Source: Octopus vulgaris
Taxonomy: Eukaryota
Length of the DNA: 64,000 nucleotides
NCBI GenBank assembly: GCA_951406725.2
Contig: OX597814.1
Location: 215,388,001-215,452,000 of the forward strand
Reading direction: 5' to 3'
The notes beneath the pieces were generated by a model. It searched no databases. It saw only the letters and a list, made by a program, of their open reading frames with translations, and had not been told where the DNA came from. This document shows, piece by piece, positions 49,631 through 64,000 of this stretch (its first letter is position 1; every line of letters starts with the position of its first letter). The position numbers were made by a program, and so were the translations under genes.

Positions 49631-51382
49631 TATACACTGCTGTTTTTACAGTTATCTAAAGATGCGCTTATAAATGCATATACATATACACACTATCACA
49701 AAACACACACGTGTAAACAGATATTTGTATGTATATGTATGCATGTGTGTATGTGTCTGTATACATGTATTGATATAGTTTTTACCATCTCAGTATACAT
49801 GTGTGTTTAAATGTATTCTAAGTGAAACACAATTTTGAGTTGTCATAATTGAAATCTTTCAATACTGTACAAATGTATCGGCTATTAAGGATTTTAGCTG
49901 TCTTTTTTTTTCCAGAAGTATCTCATTAACTACAGATCTTGCTTTAACATTATTTTTTTTTCTCCTGGACAGTTATTATTATAATGCAGTTTTCTTTCTT
50001 TAATGCTACAACGTGTGCAATGGAAAAATATGGAAAATACGTGCTTACTTCTGATATTTCTTAAATAACATTCAAACAAATGAGAAATATTTAATACAAA
50101 TGAGCCAATTAGTTTCTTTTTTGTTCTTTGTTCTCTTAAATATTCTATTTTTTTTATTTCAAAGGATACTCATTAAAATTTCTTCAGTGATCAAGGGACG
50201 AGTGATTACTCAAATAATAATCAAACAATTTCAAAAGAAAGTCGCTTTTTCAATTTAAAATCTTGGAAAATATTCTTCACTCTAAAATATTAACTCTTGA
50301 AAATAAACAACATGAAATAAATATTGGCTCATATACTGATAGAAAGCAACTGAATTATCGTAAAGAAAAAAATATTAAAAGTATTTCACGGATAAAGTGG
50401 AACTATAGAAATGTACGTAATTCTGTATTAGATGTTTGCATTGTGCATTACATTTACCAATCAGATATATATTTAGTTTATTTTATCTCTTACTATTTCT
50501 GGAATTGATAATGTAAATACAAAGAAATTAAGTAGAAATCTGTTTGTAAATCATCTTTTCAATAGAAAATAGGAAGTTGACTTGTTAATGTTCAACAGAA
50601 TCTAATTGTACAGTATTGGTACGAAATTTGCGACCTAAATAAAATCAATGTAGATGAATTGAAAACAATGAAATTTGTTTTTATGAACTTCAAATACCAA
50701 ATTTATAAATAAACATAGTTGTATTTAATTGTAACCTTTAAATAGTATAAAAACGTTCAACATCAATTCTATGTGATGTATCAAATTTAATATTGATTTA
50801 ATTTTTAATTACAAACAAATCGATATTTATGAACAAAGATATATTCAATCGAAACCTAGTACTATATTCTATTAACCTCGGTGAGAACATAAAAGACATT
50901 GAAGAAAAAATAGGGAACCAACAGAAAACTAGTGTTACTCCTAACGAACGTAATTATTACAAGGGACAATCGTTTCGTCTGAAGCATGGTTATAACAACA
51001 CTACAATACCTCTAACCTCACTTTCTCTCATTCTCTCCCACTCTGTCTCTCTGTCATTCCGTCTCCCTCTCAATCACTGTCTATCACTCTCTTCGTTTTT
51101 TTTTTCCTGTTGCTCTGCATATATACTCTCGGAATAATTATTTAATCGTTTTACAACACTGCATTCTAGTAAAGCTCATTCGCAATAGCAAACTCAGTAT
51201 TTAAATACGCATAATTTATAGTATATTATCGTGTCTACAACTTCACCAGAAAGCACACGTGAGTGAGCATAGAATTCGTATTTCTACTCACCGTATGATT
51301 TCACGATGCAATCAGAAACAATATAGGTCAGCTTTGCGGTCTTTTAGATCTAGAAGGAACTGTTTTCCGGAAGCACTTCATA

Positions 51383-51995
<613 letters not shown>

Positions 51996-52360
51996 GTTGC
52001 TGAACAGTGGTGTCTGAATTATAGTGTATGAAAGGCCGGATTCTGAATTGGAAAAGTAGGTTCAAACTTTGTGTGCTAGAGTTGCCTCACTTAAAACTGT
52101 AAGTGTGATAAGTAAGATGACATACTATACTTTAAGATCAGTCTATGAGTCAGACTGAAGCTTCTTGTGTAGCTTTAAATACGAAGTCATTTTCCTGTAT
52201 GAAATTTTGACATTTTTAACACTTCTGAATCATTTCACTTCAATGAAAGATTTAGGAAAGAATGTGTCATCATTTATAGAAAGTGGCTATGCTGTACGAT
52301 GTTTCGCAACTTATAATCTAGAACATAGCACACGAAAACTGTTTTAAAAAAATTACTGCT

Positions 52361-52495
52361 ACAGGAATGGTTGTGTGGTTCACCCTGCACAAAGTGGTTT
52401 CGGGTTTAGTCCCGCAGCACACTACCTTGGACAAATATTTTCTACTATAACCCTAGACAACTAATGCCTTGTGTGTGAGTTTGGTGGCGGAAAAT
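52361..52495 (+). mobile_element. Degenerate SINE family C 5' half
   Basis: caggaatggttgtgtggt...gggtttagtccc...accttggacaaat...ccttgtgtgtgagtttggtggcggaaa. Confidence 0.7.
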
Positions 52496-52757
52496 ATATG
52501 TCATGTCGCTCGCAGGCAGCTTTATTCTGGAGAGATATAATATGAGTGAAAATAGTGGCTATATAGTAGTTTTTGACTGCTATTTCTGAACATGTAAAGG
52601 TTTTAATTGTGCTTTATTCACAATTATAAACACTCTCTCTTCTTGTATGTAATCTATGATTGCATATTTGGACGTTCATATTCATAAATAATTATCAATT
52701 GTTTATAATTGTTTATGATTTACCATTTCGTAATGTATTTATTACATTCGTTTTTAA

Positions 52758-52849
<92 letters not shown>

Positions 52850-53132
52850 ACTCTCGTGGAAGACGATGTATGAGCGTTCAACTTTTGTTGAAATACCTGC
52901 ACAAATTATTTGTTTATAGTGATCGAATGTTCGTGCTGTTCACTCCCTCCATCAAATCGACGTTGCCTGAACAGGTGCACTGTGTACCACACTTCAGTTG
53001 TCGAAGTGCTCACAGAAAAACGTGAGATGAAACGTTTTACTTGAGAACACAACTCACCGCCTGCTCTAGGAATTGAAATCACGATTGCTAGACCGTAAGT
53101 GTAACACCCTAACCATTAAGCCATGCGCCCTC
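52850..53132 (-). mobile_element. Degenerate family D-head SINE with a different tail
   Basis: aacgtgagatgaaa..ttgagaacacaac..ggaattgaaatcacga..ctaaccattaagccatgcgccc. Confidence 0.7.
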
Positions 53133-53164
53133 ACATATGTATATACATTAATATATATATATAC

Positions 53165-53395
53165 ATATATGTATTTATCTGTATATGTACTTTTATTTGA
53201 CTCCCCATCGCTTGAAAACCGGTGGGGTTTTTTTCAATTCCGTCTCTGTAACTTAGCAGTACGACAACAGAGACCGACTAGAATTAGTATCAGACTCTTT
53301 AAAAAAATAAGTGCTGGGGTCGATTTGTTCTACTAAACTCTTCAAGTCGCTGCTCTAGCATGGCCGCAGTCTAAAGACTGAGACAAATAAAAACA
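53165..53395 (+). mobile_element. Degenerate SINE family C 3' half
   Basis: gcttgaaaaccggt...gagaccgactagaattagta...ctagcatggccgcagtc..gactgagacaa. Confidence 0.75.
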
Positions 53396-53594
53396 TGGAA
53401 GAGAGCTATCCTAAGGCTAGATCCTTTATATTAACATATTTACATATGTAATCATTATATCACGTGGTTTTAAAATCGTTTCAAAAATAACTTATATGTT
53501 CTTTTAAATACACCGATCATTTCTATTGCTGACCAGCCAGAAACCCTTACAATGCAGTAGAACAGAATTGAAATCATACGACTTCCATCTCACA

Positions 53595-53810
53595 TTGGTT
53601 TCAAATCTTGACACGAGGCCAACAAGATTGTGGGAGGGGGCATAAGTCGATTACATTGATCCCTGTGCTCAACTGGTACTTATTTTATCGACCTAAAAAG
53701 ATGAAAAGCGATGTCGAACTCGACGGAATTTGAACTCAGATCGTAAATACGGACGAAATGCCGCTAAGCATTTTGCCCAGCGTGATAACAACTCTGTCAG
53801 CTCGCCGCCC
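53595..53810 (-). mobile_element. Family A SINE, full length, diverged
   Basis: gtcgattacattga..actggtacttattttatcgac..ggaatttgaactcaga..cagctcgccgcc. Confidence 0.85.
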
Positions 53811-54050
53811 TCTTCTTACTGATACTAATGATGAAAAGGAGACAAAAGTAGCTTCAGAAAACGCTACAAACTACTTTGCTAAGTTTATTTCACAGCATTA
53901 GACAATATTTAGGATTTGACAGTACTATATGGATTAATCGGTGAAATATATGACATGGCACTAAATTTCTGGTCCCATCTCGTCGGAGACATACCTTTAG
54001 ATCTTATAGTGCTTACCTTACTAAGTTTAATATTGTATATAAATAGAATA

Positions 54051-54403
54051 GTGACTGACTGAGACCCCCTTCGGTCACAACACTGACCATGGTGTTGCAC
54101 CTAGAAAGTTACCCTCCAAGGCACAAGTCCGGGCAAGGTTGTCTTTTATAGAAGACTAGCAGTCGCCCATGCATATCGGCCTCCCCTCTCCAAGCCACCA
54201 GGGTTATCCAAGGGAAAGGCAAGGGCCGATACAGCTTGGCACCTGTGACGTCGCAACTCATTTCTACCGTTGAGTGAACTGGAGCAACGTGAAATAAAAT
54301 GTCTTGCTCAAGAACACAACACAACACACAGCCTGTCCGGGATTCGAGCTCACAACCTCACGATCGTAAGCTCGACGCTCTAACCACTGAGCCATGCGCC
54401 TTC
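54051..54403 (-). mobile_element. tRNA-derived CORE-type SINE family D, full length
   Basis: Minus strand gaaggcgcatggctcagtggttagagcg...gagctcgaatcccgg, CORE-like gtgttcttgagcaagacatt...gctccagttcactcaac, tail ending cagtcagtcac. Confidence 0.9.
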
Positions 54404-54808
54404 GAATCGAACAGTAAGCATTACTTAAACAGTAGAGTTACGAAGGAAATGCATCACAGCGTTTAGTTTACTGGTGAAAGTTCAATTTCGGTTCTAAACT
54501 AATTTTTCCTTTCATTGCAAAGATTTTATCAACCTTCGTTCATTCTTGTATCCTTGCCTATTCTATAAAATAAGTATATGAATCGATATCATCAACAACA
54601 CTTCTTAGTTTCAACAATGTATTTTGTTTCTTTAAGTAAGATATCATTAATGCAATAGAAAGTGTAACTTTCCTTTAATTGAACTGACAACCAGTGACTG
54701 GCGCATATTGATTTCTCTTTGATTAAACTGTGTAGGGCTGTTATATAGTATATCACTGACACAAATAAATCAAAAGACAAAGTCAATCTTTGTGAGATTA
54801 CAACAATA

Positions 54809-55205
54809 GGCGCAGGAGTGGCTGTGTAGTAAGTAGCTTGTTTACCAACCACATGGTTCCGGGTTCAGTCCCACTGCGTGGCACCTTGGGCAAGTGTCCT
54901 CTGCTATAGCCCCGGGCCGACCAATGCCTTGTGAGTGGATTTGGTGGACGGAAACTGAAAGAAGCCTGTCGTATATATGTATGTGTGTGTTTCTGTGTCT
55001 GTGTTTGACCCCTAGCATTGCTTGACAACCGATGCTGGTGTGTTTACGTCCCCGTCACTTAGCGGTTCGGCAAAAGAGACCGATAGAATAAGTACTGGGC
55101 TTACAAAGAATAAGTCCCGGGGTCGATTTGCTTGACTAAAGGCGGTGCTCCGGCATGGCCGCAGTCAAAATGACTGAAACAAGTAAAAGAGTAAAAAAAA
55201 GAGAG
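54809..55205 (+). mobile_element. SINE family C, full length
   Basis: Near-identical to 32279-32690. Confidence 0.95.
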
Positions 55206-55397
55206 AAAAAGATATAGGCTCTCCGAAGTTAAAGAATAATTTCGCTTCCGAACGACATGGTTAGACAGGTTAATCCTGTCTAACCAGGTTCGGACAGGTT
55301 AGACCTTACTGCACGGGACTGAAGGCGATGTAGAATATATCTATGAATATGTGTGAGTGTGAGTGTATATGTATGTGTTTGCATTTGTCTCCCCTTC

Positions 55398-55722
55398 ATG
55401 TCTGAGGGGGGCCACAATAAATAGCAGTGGCCTTAAGACAGTGCCCTGTGGAACACTACTTACTATTTGTGTTTCCTATGAGGTGACTCCATTGGCCACC
55501 ACTACTTGACGTCTATCTTTTAGAAAGTCGTTTAGTCACTCTCCAAGCATTCCGACTATGCCGAGATCACGCGAATTGTGACATATTGTACCTTGGACGA
55601 CTTTGTCAAAGGCTTTTGCAAATTCGAGATATATCACATCCGCACCTAAGACCTCTAGCAGCTGTTTTAACACCTAGTCATAATGTAAGAGCTTTGTCGG
55701 GCAGCTTCTACCTGGTCGAAAT

Positions 55723-55724
<2 letters not shown>
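55398..55724 (-). pseudogene. CR1-type LINE reverse transcriptase fragment
   Basis: GFRPGRSCPTKL...ADVIYLEFAKAFDKV...DFLKDRRQVVVANG..*..SSVPQGTVLRPLLFI with stops. Confidence 0.85.
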
Positions 55725-55767
<43 letters not shown>

Positions 55768-55770
<3 letters not shown>

Positions 55771-56021
55771 GATTCCCAGACCGGGCGCTGTGAATGTTTA
55801 TTGAGCGAAAACACCTAAAGCTCCACGAGGCCACGGTAGGGGGTGGTGGCGATCCCCGTTGTACTCTTTCGCCACAACTTTCTCTCGCTCTTTCTTCTGT
55901 TGGCCTGCTCGCTTAGCCAGCGGGGTGGCGTCATTTGAAGGCTAAAACAATGCGAAGCGCATTGTGACCAGCGATGTGTATCAACATCTGATGGCCTGGT
56001 CGGTCACGGTGATCACGGTGA
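55768..56021 (+). mobile_element. SINE family B head + tail 2, 5'-truncated, in (TA)n
   Basis: Matches 44806-45059. Confidence 0.9.
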
Positions 56022-56029
56022 TATATATT

Positions 56030-56076
<47 letters not shown>

Positions 56077-58269
56077 CTGCCAACAATATATACATCAGCA
56101 ATGAAACTGAAAAATGATGTCTTGATATTAAAATCATTTGAGGTATTTGTTTTGCATCGACTGAAACATTCTGACATTCATCATCAGAAATGTAGTGAAA
56201 CAAACTGTCGGCACAGTTTGCTTTTCAGTGATTGAAATTAAGAATAAAATTAAGAATAAAATTATCTGTATCTCCTTTAGTAATGAAATAGTAATGCGGA
56301 TACCAATACCGAATTCTACAAATGTTTTCGCTATCATATCTATCGGTTTCTCAGTACACAACGAAAAGAATGTATTGAACTATACTCGGAGTTTGTGCTC
56401 TTGTCGATCCCATTTTTACTCTTCAGAGCTCGTCGATCGTACAATGTAAATGCTTTGATGTTATACATTAAGCTACCTCTCCTGGATAGATGTGACTCGT
56501 TGACTTTTCCAAAGTTTAGATTCTTGTGATATACGGTGTACTTTCAATTGCTTTTTATTTTGTAGTGTCAGCCATTTCCGAGTAAAAAAATATTATCCGA
56601 TAAATCTCAGCTGTAAATTAGATCTTGAATGTGTAGAGGTAAGATAACAGACATATTAACTTTCATAAACGATGTATTCATTTTATCGAGCCTAGAAAAT
56701 GAAAGACGAACAGCCTCGACATATTTTGATTGTAAAATGGTGTAACTATGAACAGCTCGCCATTTTCCGGTATTCTTATCGTCTGTCATCAATCGACCTC
56801 TTGTGCATGTATATAATGACGACAAAATTGCAATACAATTAAAGGCATCAATCATTAATGTTCCACTTTTTCACAGCTAAATAACAAAATTATTCAAAAG
56901 AATACGTAAAATTAAGCTTTGTTTCTGGTGTTATCAAAGCAATCTCCACTAAAAATTGTGAATTTCTTTAATTTTGCTTAACCCTATTTTCTTGTGTTCC
57001 TTTGTCGACCTATTTCATAAACTATTTCCGTTCAGTTTTTCCCTGACAGAATTATTTTTGGCAGTGATTTAGTATTTCGTTGTTTTTGAGATGTTACTAA
57101 TCTTCTTTTATCATAGAAAGAAAATTCTTCCTATCTTCGTGTATTTTTATCAGTTTTGTTGTTACGAATTTTTTCTGTTTTCGTAAATGTGATATCACCC
57201 ATAGCATAACGAAATATATTTATATAGATTACACTGTTCTTATCTAATCCTCTAACAGGAAAGGCACATCTACCTTCTTTTATCTTATTTTCCTTTCTTT
57301 TTTGCCCTCTTTCATTCTCCTCCTATTACACATGCATATTTTTCAGGTTATGACATTTATGTTTTATGAAACAAAAGAGAGGAAAAGACAGAGAGAAAGA
57401 GAGAAGGAAAGAGAGGAGAGAAAGAAATAGAGGGAGAGAGAGAGGGGGGCGAACGTATTGCTTACCATTGATGTTGACACCGCCCTTTCTGATTATCTCC
57501 AAACTAAATAAATATGCTTTTATCTAATGCCAGAGCTTAAATTTTTTCATTAGCAAGTATCTCAAACAATGCTTAGAAATTAGCCAATATGATACCGACT
57601 CAGTATTTGGACCTTGAGACAGAAATTCTCCAAACTTGGATTTCCCCAGACAAGTTAGAAAATTTGACTGATATATATTTTTATATCCTTTCTGTTTTTT
57701 ACTACATTTATTCATTCTCTGCTACTCGAAGAATTTATCATTTCATTCGATATCTTTCTTTTTATTGTTACTTAGCATCTGCATTGATGCCATTGCCAAA
57801 ATTCTTTACTCTTGTCGGTCTATATCATTAACTGTTGCAATATAACAGAGCAGTGTAAATTTAACAAGCGTTTCGTTAGAGTTTCGTTAGAGTTTCGTTA
57901 GCGTTTCATCTTGCAATTGAATACTTCGGTATCCTTTATCCATGATAATTGGCCTGACAATACGATCTTGTTTCAATAATTTAATCTTGCCAACGGTAAA
58001 TTAAACTCGGCGTAAATAATCAGAAGTTAACAAACCAACAACCTACTGATGCACCAGAAGACTTTCTCTAAATATGACCCGAAGCAAATTATTTTAGCTT
58101 TGATATGAATATTAAAAGATACATTTATATATGACCACGGAAATATACGTATAAAATATTGTAAGGGAAAAAAACCCCATTCTATCGTGAAACAATATAT
58201 TCTGTGAAGCAATTTCATGGCGAAGAAGATAAAACAATGTGCTGTTCACTCGTAATTTAAGACTTAAAA

Positions 58270-58668
58270 TCTTTATATATAAAAGTGAAGTTGTGTGTCT
58301 GTCTCCTACGATTTAGATTCCTAACTACTCCCACATTTTGCGGTGCAGTTTAACCAAAACCGGGTATCTTAAAGTCGTGATTCATATCGAGCACTTCTGG
58401 GTATTAGCGCGCGTCTACGATGAGTCTACGATTTTTAAAAAAATTACCATAATTTTTTTCCATTTTAATGCAATTTTTTCGCTATTATATAAGGGAAGTA
58501 ACTCTCTAAAAATGTCTACGATGAGTCAACGATTTAAAAAAAAATTTACCATCATCTTGTTTCCATTTTTTTCCCATTTTTTTGCTATTTTTTTGGCTAT
58601 AACTCTCTAAAAATGCTTATATAGTTATTTCCCTTACAGACCCGAGCAACGCCGGGCGATACTGCTAG
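58270..58668 (+). mobile_element. Non-autonomous Helitron-like element
   Basis: A|TC...cccgagcaacgccggg hairpin...CTAG|T; internal tandem duplication of about 100 bp (58413-58613). Confidence 0.9.
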
Positions 58669-59390
58669 TAGCTGATAAATATGTTTTGTATAATTAGAAA
58701 AGGAAACTGCAAATATGACAATAAAATATCATTATTCTTATCATAGTTAATGTCGCAGAATTTGATGCGTTTGTTGTCTTATAGACATTTATGGTGTAGA
58801 TCTACTGATTTTAAGAGAGAAAACAAAACAAAAGCAAGACATACAGCATGGTTACTTCGATCATTACAACTCAAGACATTGTAGGTATTTCAAGTGGCAA
58901 ATGCTCAGTTTACTGGTATTTTTATTTCAGTTCACAAATACAATCTAAGAATGTGTAAAGTCTCCTATTAAGAATACAGGATAAATTTATATCTAACCGG
59001 TAAAAATAAGACAGCAATTCCTTAAGCGTCCCCTCATATTTAGCCATTTTTGTTGCTACAGACTGGAATTTCTCTATAAAACCATTGTCAAGAAAATGGC
59101 TTTCAAATGATTCACACCATAGAAACTCAAATATGTTGCAATATTTGAATATCTAATCTTAATTTCGATAAAATCAACCCAAGTTGCGTGGCCAGATCCA
59201 TCAAGTGATAGGAATTGTTTGTCCTCCTTAGATTATCTCTAAAAAAAATCTATCTATCGATCTGTTGGTCTGTTCATATGCATATTATTAATCAACTTGC
59301 ATGCAAATACGTAATACAACATCTAAATGTAAGAAGACAAATTCCTGCATAAACAGAAGTAAAACCTGTCTGGCTATATATATCTCACTC

Positions 59391-59634
<244 letters not shown>

Positions 59635-60054
59635 CATGCATACATACATATAAGCAAATGTACATATATCTACATATTTATTTGTATACAAATAAATACA
59701 GTCAATATACACGACGAAAACTTATAATTATATTTACAAAACTTTCACTCGCCACCATTTCTTCACTTATGCAGAATATACACATGCTTGCACACTGACC
59801 ACTATTAAATCATAATTTCTAAATTTAACGCCGCAAAAATAGTTGGGTATGTTGGCATAATTGGTAGCACACTTATGGCAAAAATAAGAGGAGCAGGTTC
59901 AATTATTAATTATATTAAATCTTTTTTTTTTGTCGTGGTTGTATAAGCCCCAATATTAGACTTGTTTTATTTACAAAAGATTTTCACTTTCTTAATTTAT
60001 ACAGGATACGCATATGTGAGTGTGTGTGTTTGTGCATGCGTGACTGTATGTCTG

Positions 60055-60101
<47 letters not shown>

Positions 60102-60259
60102 ATGTGTTTGTGTGTTCATGTCCACGTTCATGTTCATTCTTCAGAGCGACAATGACCACCTATCTCTTCTAGGGATGATTTACGTTTGTGTGGTGATGGA
60201 TTTGTTTAAAATGAAGTCAAGTTGCAAACCGCCAACCGCACTTTCTCCCTTCTGTCACC

Positions 60260-60530
60260 ATCATCAATTCACTCGCCAGACCAGGTCAAGACGACATAGG
60301 AGAGAGACGGATGCAGTGGATGATCAAGATATCTTACTTGTCTCATCTTGCCCTCTGCCTTCACAATGCGTTACTGTAGTCGCCTTCCTCTTTGCCGACG
60401 GTTTCTTCCGCAGAGTCCGCTGGATCCAGACTTTACATGTATAGTTAGGCAAACCCTAGCTGGCTAAGAGTTACATGCCCCTTGGCTACCCTTTCCTAGT
60501 TTTACCCACCTGTCGAAGTGGTTGTGGTTT
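60260..60530. mobile_element. Possible RTE-related 5' region fragment
   Basis: GC-richer block (gatgcagtggatga..cgccttcctc..tggatccag..cccttggctaccc) reminiscent of RTE 5' sequences; from recall only. Confidence 0.3.
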
Positions 60531-60830
60531 ATCGGTCTGTTGCCGCCGTTGCATGGAAACAGATATTAGGTGTCACAGGCTGGTAACCAATAGTTGGATA
60601 AACCGTGAAACATGAAATTTCAATCAGATCAGGATTACTAATAAATTTTATTCTGTTAAATGTATAGAGTCCCTTCATCAGTAAATGGCTTGCTGCTTTC
60701 TGCAAGCTCATCTGCAAGCTCATCAACATTACGAGATATATAAATACACACACACACACGCGCACACTCACACACATACACGCCCCCTACACATATGCAC
60801 ACATGTACGCACACATATATACACATACAC

Positions 60831-61057
60831 GGCGAGCTGGCAGAAACGTTAGCACGCCGGGCGAAATGCCTAGCGGTATTTCGTCTGCCGTTACGTTCTG
60901 GGTTCAAATTCCGCCGAGGTCGACTTTGCCTTTCATCCTTTCAGGGTCGATAAATTAAGTACCAGTTACGCACTGGGGTCGATGTAATCGACTTAATCTA
61001 TTTGTCTGTCCTCGTTTGTCCCCTCTGCGTTTAGCCCCTTGTGGGTAGTAAATAAAT
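60831..61057 (+). mobile_element. Family A SINE monomer, tail A2
   Basis: Near-identical to 3259-3486; inserted in CA-rich repeat. Confidence 0.95.
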
Positions 61058-61532
61058 ATATATACACACACACATGCACACACACTCGCACACACTCACG
61101 CACACATACACACGCGCGCACGCATTAATTCGAAACTAAGGGTTCATTCCTTCGCTACCCTAAGTTTCTTGCATGTTTTAGTGTAGTCACTATTGGGCTG
61201 TACGAATGCATACAGAGCGAAACTAGTGACGGAATGAATCATCATCATCATAAAACGAACAACTATTCCTTACCCTTGCATGTGTTTGATGTCTGGCTGT
61301 CTAATTTGGGTCCTATCAATTTGAGCGAACTCTTTACCCGCACCAGAAAATGGTTTGTAAGTTAGAAAAAAAATGTCTTTATTGAAGAGTGGAGCTTATA
61401 ATTCGGGAAGTCGATTACGCTAGCATTTAGACACAGATACACATTTAGTCGGACATTGTATTGTATCAATCAATTCTTTATAGCTTTTGCTAGCAATAAA
61501 TGAAATTCTGAACACGTCGTTCTCCGTCCATT

Positions 61533-61563
<31 letters not shown>

Positions 61564-62067
61564 CTCATTTAAAATATCTCATTCATATAATATATTTACG
61601 TCATGCAATAATGTCTTCTAATTTAGCTCATTTGGGATATACTCGTAAAGGCTGAATTATTACCCGAAGTTTATTTTGATATTACTTAGCAGAGACATTC
61701 TAGCATTGTAAATCTCATAACTACGACTATATTATATAAATATATATGATAAATATCTTTGAAATTTTTCTTACCTACTTAAAGAGTAAAATCAGAGGAG
61801 CGGAGTATTCAATATACAGAGTTTCGCATAATTTTTCCTTCTTCTAAGTTCACATATCGTGAAGATGAATATTTCTTTATCTGGAATATTAATGAAAATG
61901 TATCCATATTTAGTTGATTTGTAGTTGGGTAATCAGCGGTTTGTCGAATGTAGTTAATGTGGATCATTTGTTAGAAAGTTATATATGAAGTCATTACAAT
62001 ATTTCTGATTCGTTTAGGTAAATAATTAAATGACTAAAACTGCCGTATTGTGAAGGTTTGTCCTTAC

Positions 62068-62153
62068 CTCGAGATGTCAGCTTTTCTTGAACAGTAAAAC
62101 CAACTACGCCATAACTTGGGTCACTCGAAAGCGCATACGTCTCGAAGTTGTTT
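62068..62153 (-). other. Candidate 86-nt internal exon of an unidentified transcript
   Basis: Acceptor ggttcttttcAG, donor GAG|GTAAGG; one open frame NNFETYALSSDPSYGVVGFTVQEKLTSR; no homolog recognised. Confidence 0.35.
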
Positions 62154-62495
62154 CTGAAAAGAACCAGTATAGGAAACTCTAGTATTGCTATGGATACCAT
62201 AATTTAATCAAGTGACCATTTAGAAAGTGGACTTAATCCTATACACCTCTAGTCTTTGAATATTCAAACGTCCAAACCTTCAATCCTTGCTGTCGATGAG
62301 AAAACAGTTAACAGTTCGGTTTTCCGTTCCCTGTCTCTGACCATAGTCTTCACATTTTTTCATCCCATATACTAGAGTGCTAACCAATAATTCGGTGCGT
62401 ATCGCATGAGGATCGACTCTTTCTGAGCATTCACTTCTTTTTCAGTGTTAGCCTTATTTTGCCAAAGGAGAATACAAATTGTCATAATTCGGTCA

Positions 62496-62907
62496 GAGCA
62501 GGAGTGGCTGTGTGGTAAGTAGCTTGCTTACCAACCACATGGTTCCGAGTTCAGTCCCACTGCGTGGCACCTTGGGCAAGTGTCTTCTGCTATAGCCTCG
62601 GGCCGACCAAAGCCTTGTGAGTGGATTTGGTAGACGGAAACTGAAAGAAGCCTGTCGTATATATGTATATATATGCGTGTGTGTGTGTTTGTGTCTGTGT
62701 TTGTCCCCCTAGCATTGCTTGACAACCGATGCTGGTGTGTTTATGTCCCCGTCACTTAGCGGTTCGGCAAAAAAGAGACCGATAGAATAAGTACTGGGCT
62801 TACAAAAGAATAAGTCCCGGGGTCGATTTGCTCGATTAAAGGCGGTGCTCCAGCATGGCCGCAGTCAAATGACTGAAACAAGTAAAAGAGTAAAAGAGAG
62901 TAAAGAG
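62496..62907 (+). mobile_element. SINE family C, full length
   Basis: Near-identical to other family C copies. Confidence 0.95.
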
Positions 62908-63854
62908 CTCCTCCTAAATTATCTTCTGAGGGCTTATCAACATTATCACTATCGTTTCAGAGACAAAAGTATACGATTTTCCTTCTTGCTTCTTGTACAA
63001 AATCCTCGGGAAAAGAAGCACTTTTTCTCACGATATACAGCTTCTATAGTAATTCCGGTACAGAAGCTGGCTCATATTATTTACCTCTCTGTGACCATGC
63101 AGCAAGTGTTTATGTCGCTTAAAAACGCTTATATTGTTACAGATGTTGTTCTTTATATTCCTGGAATTCATATTGCTTGTATTGTTGTTCTCGTTGCTCT
63201 TGTTGTTATAACTATTACTGTTAGTGATAACGTTAGCATCTGCAACGGCGTCAGCAAAAGGATACCACTTCCACACGTCTGCATTCTACGTCTGTTCACA
63301 GTGTTTATATTGTTGAATTTAACATTTTCAACACTGTTTGTTTTTTTCTTATTGTGTAGTTGTTCCTGTTTGCACCTCCGCTGTTTGTTCATCTGACATA
63401 TATCACATATAGTAGGTTCTACCTGTCTGTTCACGTCATGTATATCGTCTGTTTTTTCTTTAATTCTGTTTCCGTTTTTCAAAATAAAAGGAAAAAAAAG
63501 ACAATACGGTGGAGCATTAGTGTCATTTTCAACACTGCTACTATCATTGTGGCCAACACCCCCGACTGCTACTCCTGATGTTATGATGCTGATGTGAAGA
63601 ACGAAAACAAATGGCCTTTTGCCAGATAGAAAACATGGCTAGTAAGCAAAAACAATGTCAAAACAAACTTTTCTCCCGCATCGCAACGGGGTGGAGATTT
63701 AAGATATCCAAGCTTAAACTTTACTGCCCATAACTTCAATTCATAGCAGAAAGCAAAAAAGTCTGTTTCGTTAAGTAATGCAAATAAGATCCTCCATTGT
63801 AGCACTATGAAAACACGTCTTAACCACGATAGATGTGTTTTCATAGAACTTCAA

Positions 63855-63936
63855 TGAGATGAGGATGAAAATGAGGAGGATGACGGTGAAGAGGAGAATG
63901 AGAAGAAGGATAATGATAATGATAATAATAATAATG

Positions 63937-64000
<64 letters not shown>
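63855..64000. repeat. (GA-rich triplet)/(AAT)n microsatellite running off the window
   Basis: Direct reading. Confidence 0.95.

Noticed and set aside
55258-55288. 12-bp hairpin tggttagacagg/cctgtctaacca
   Set aside because: Short, part of a local gacaggtt repeat; not enough to call a structure
57868-57907. 11-bp tandem gtttcgttaga; also short tandems at 24772-24825, 60700-60725 and 1232-1267
   Set aside because: Local duplications without unique spacers; not CRISPR and no sign of function
62845-63396. 183-aa plus-strand hydrophobic ORF, the longest in the track
   Set aside because: Starts inside a SINE tail at GTG; hydrophobicity comes from T-rich antisense of AAC/AAT-rich sequence

Overview
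AT-rich, microsatellite-laden eukaryotic DNA with no convincing intact protein-coding gene. The repeat landscape looks like an octopus (coleoid cephalopod) intron or intergenic region; this is recognised by eye, not confirmed by search. Nearly all listed ORFs are microsatellite or SINE translation artefacts. The window holds at least four tRNA-derived SINE families with shuffled modules and four non-autonomous Helitron-like elements. It also holds maT/mariner and Merlin-like DNA transposon remnants and MITEs, a CR1-type and probable RTE fragments, and a head-to-tail train of R4/Dong-type retrotransposon ends in (TAA)n tracts. The most unusual signal is a set of five fold-back (long inverted-repeat) insertions in (TA)n tracts. 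Two of them carry minimal hammerhead-ribozyme-like motifs, and four more such motifs lie in related fragments, which points to Penelope-like element termini. Also notable are a consensus recursive-splice-site motif at about 48.06 kb and a well-bounded 86-nt candidate exon on the minus strand at about 62.1 kb. All calls were made by reading the sequence, and boundaries of degenerate elements are approximate.
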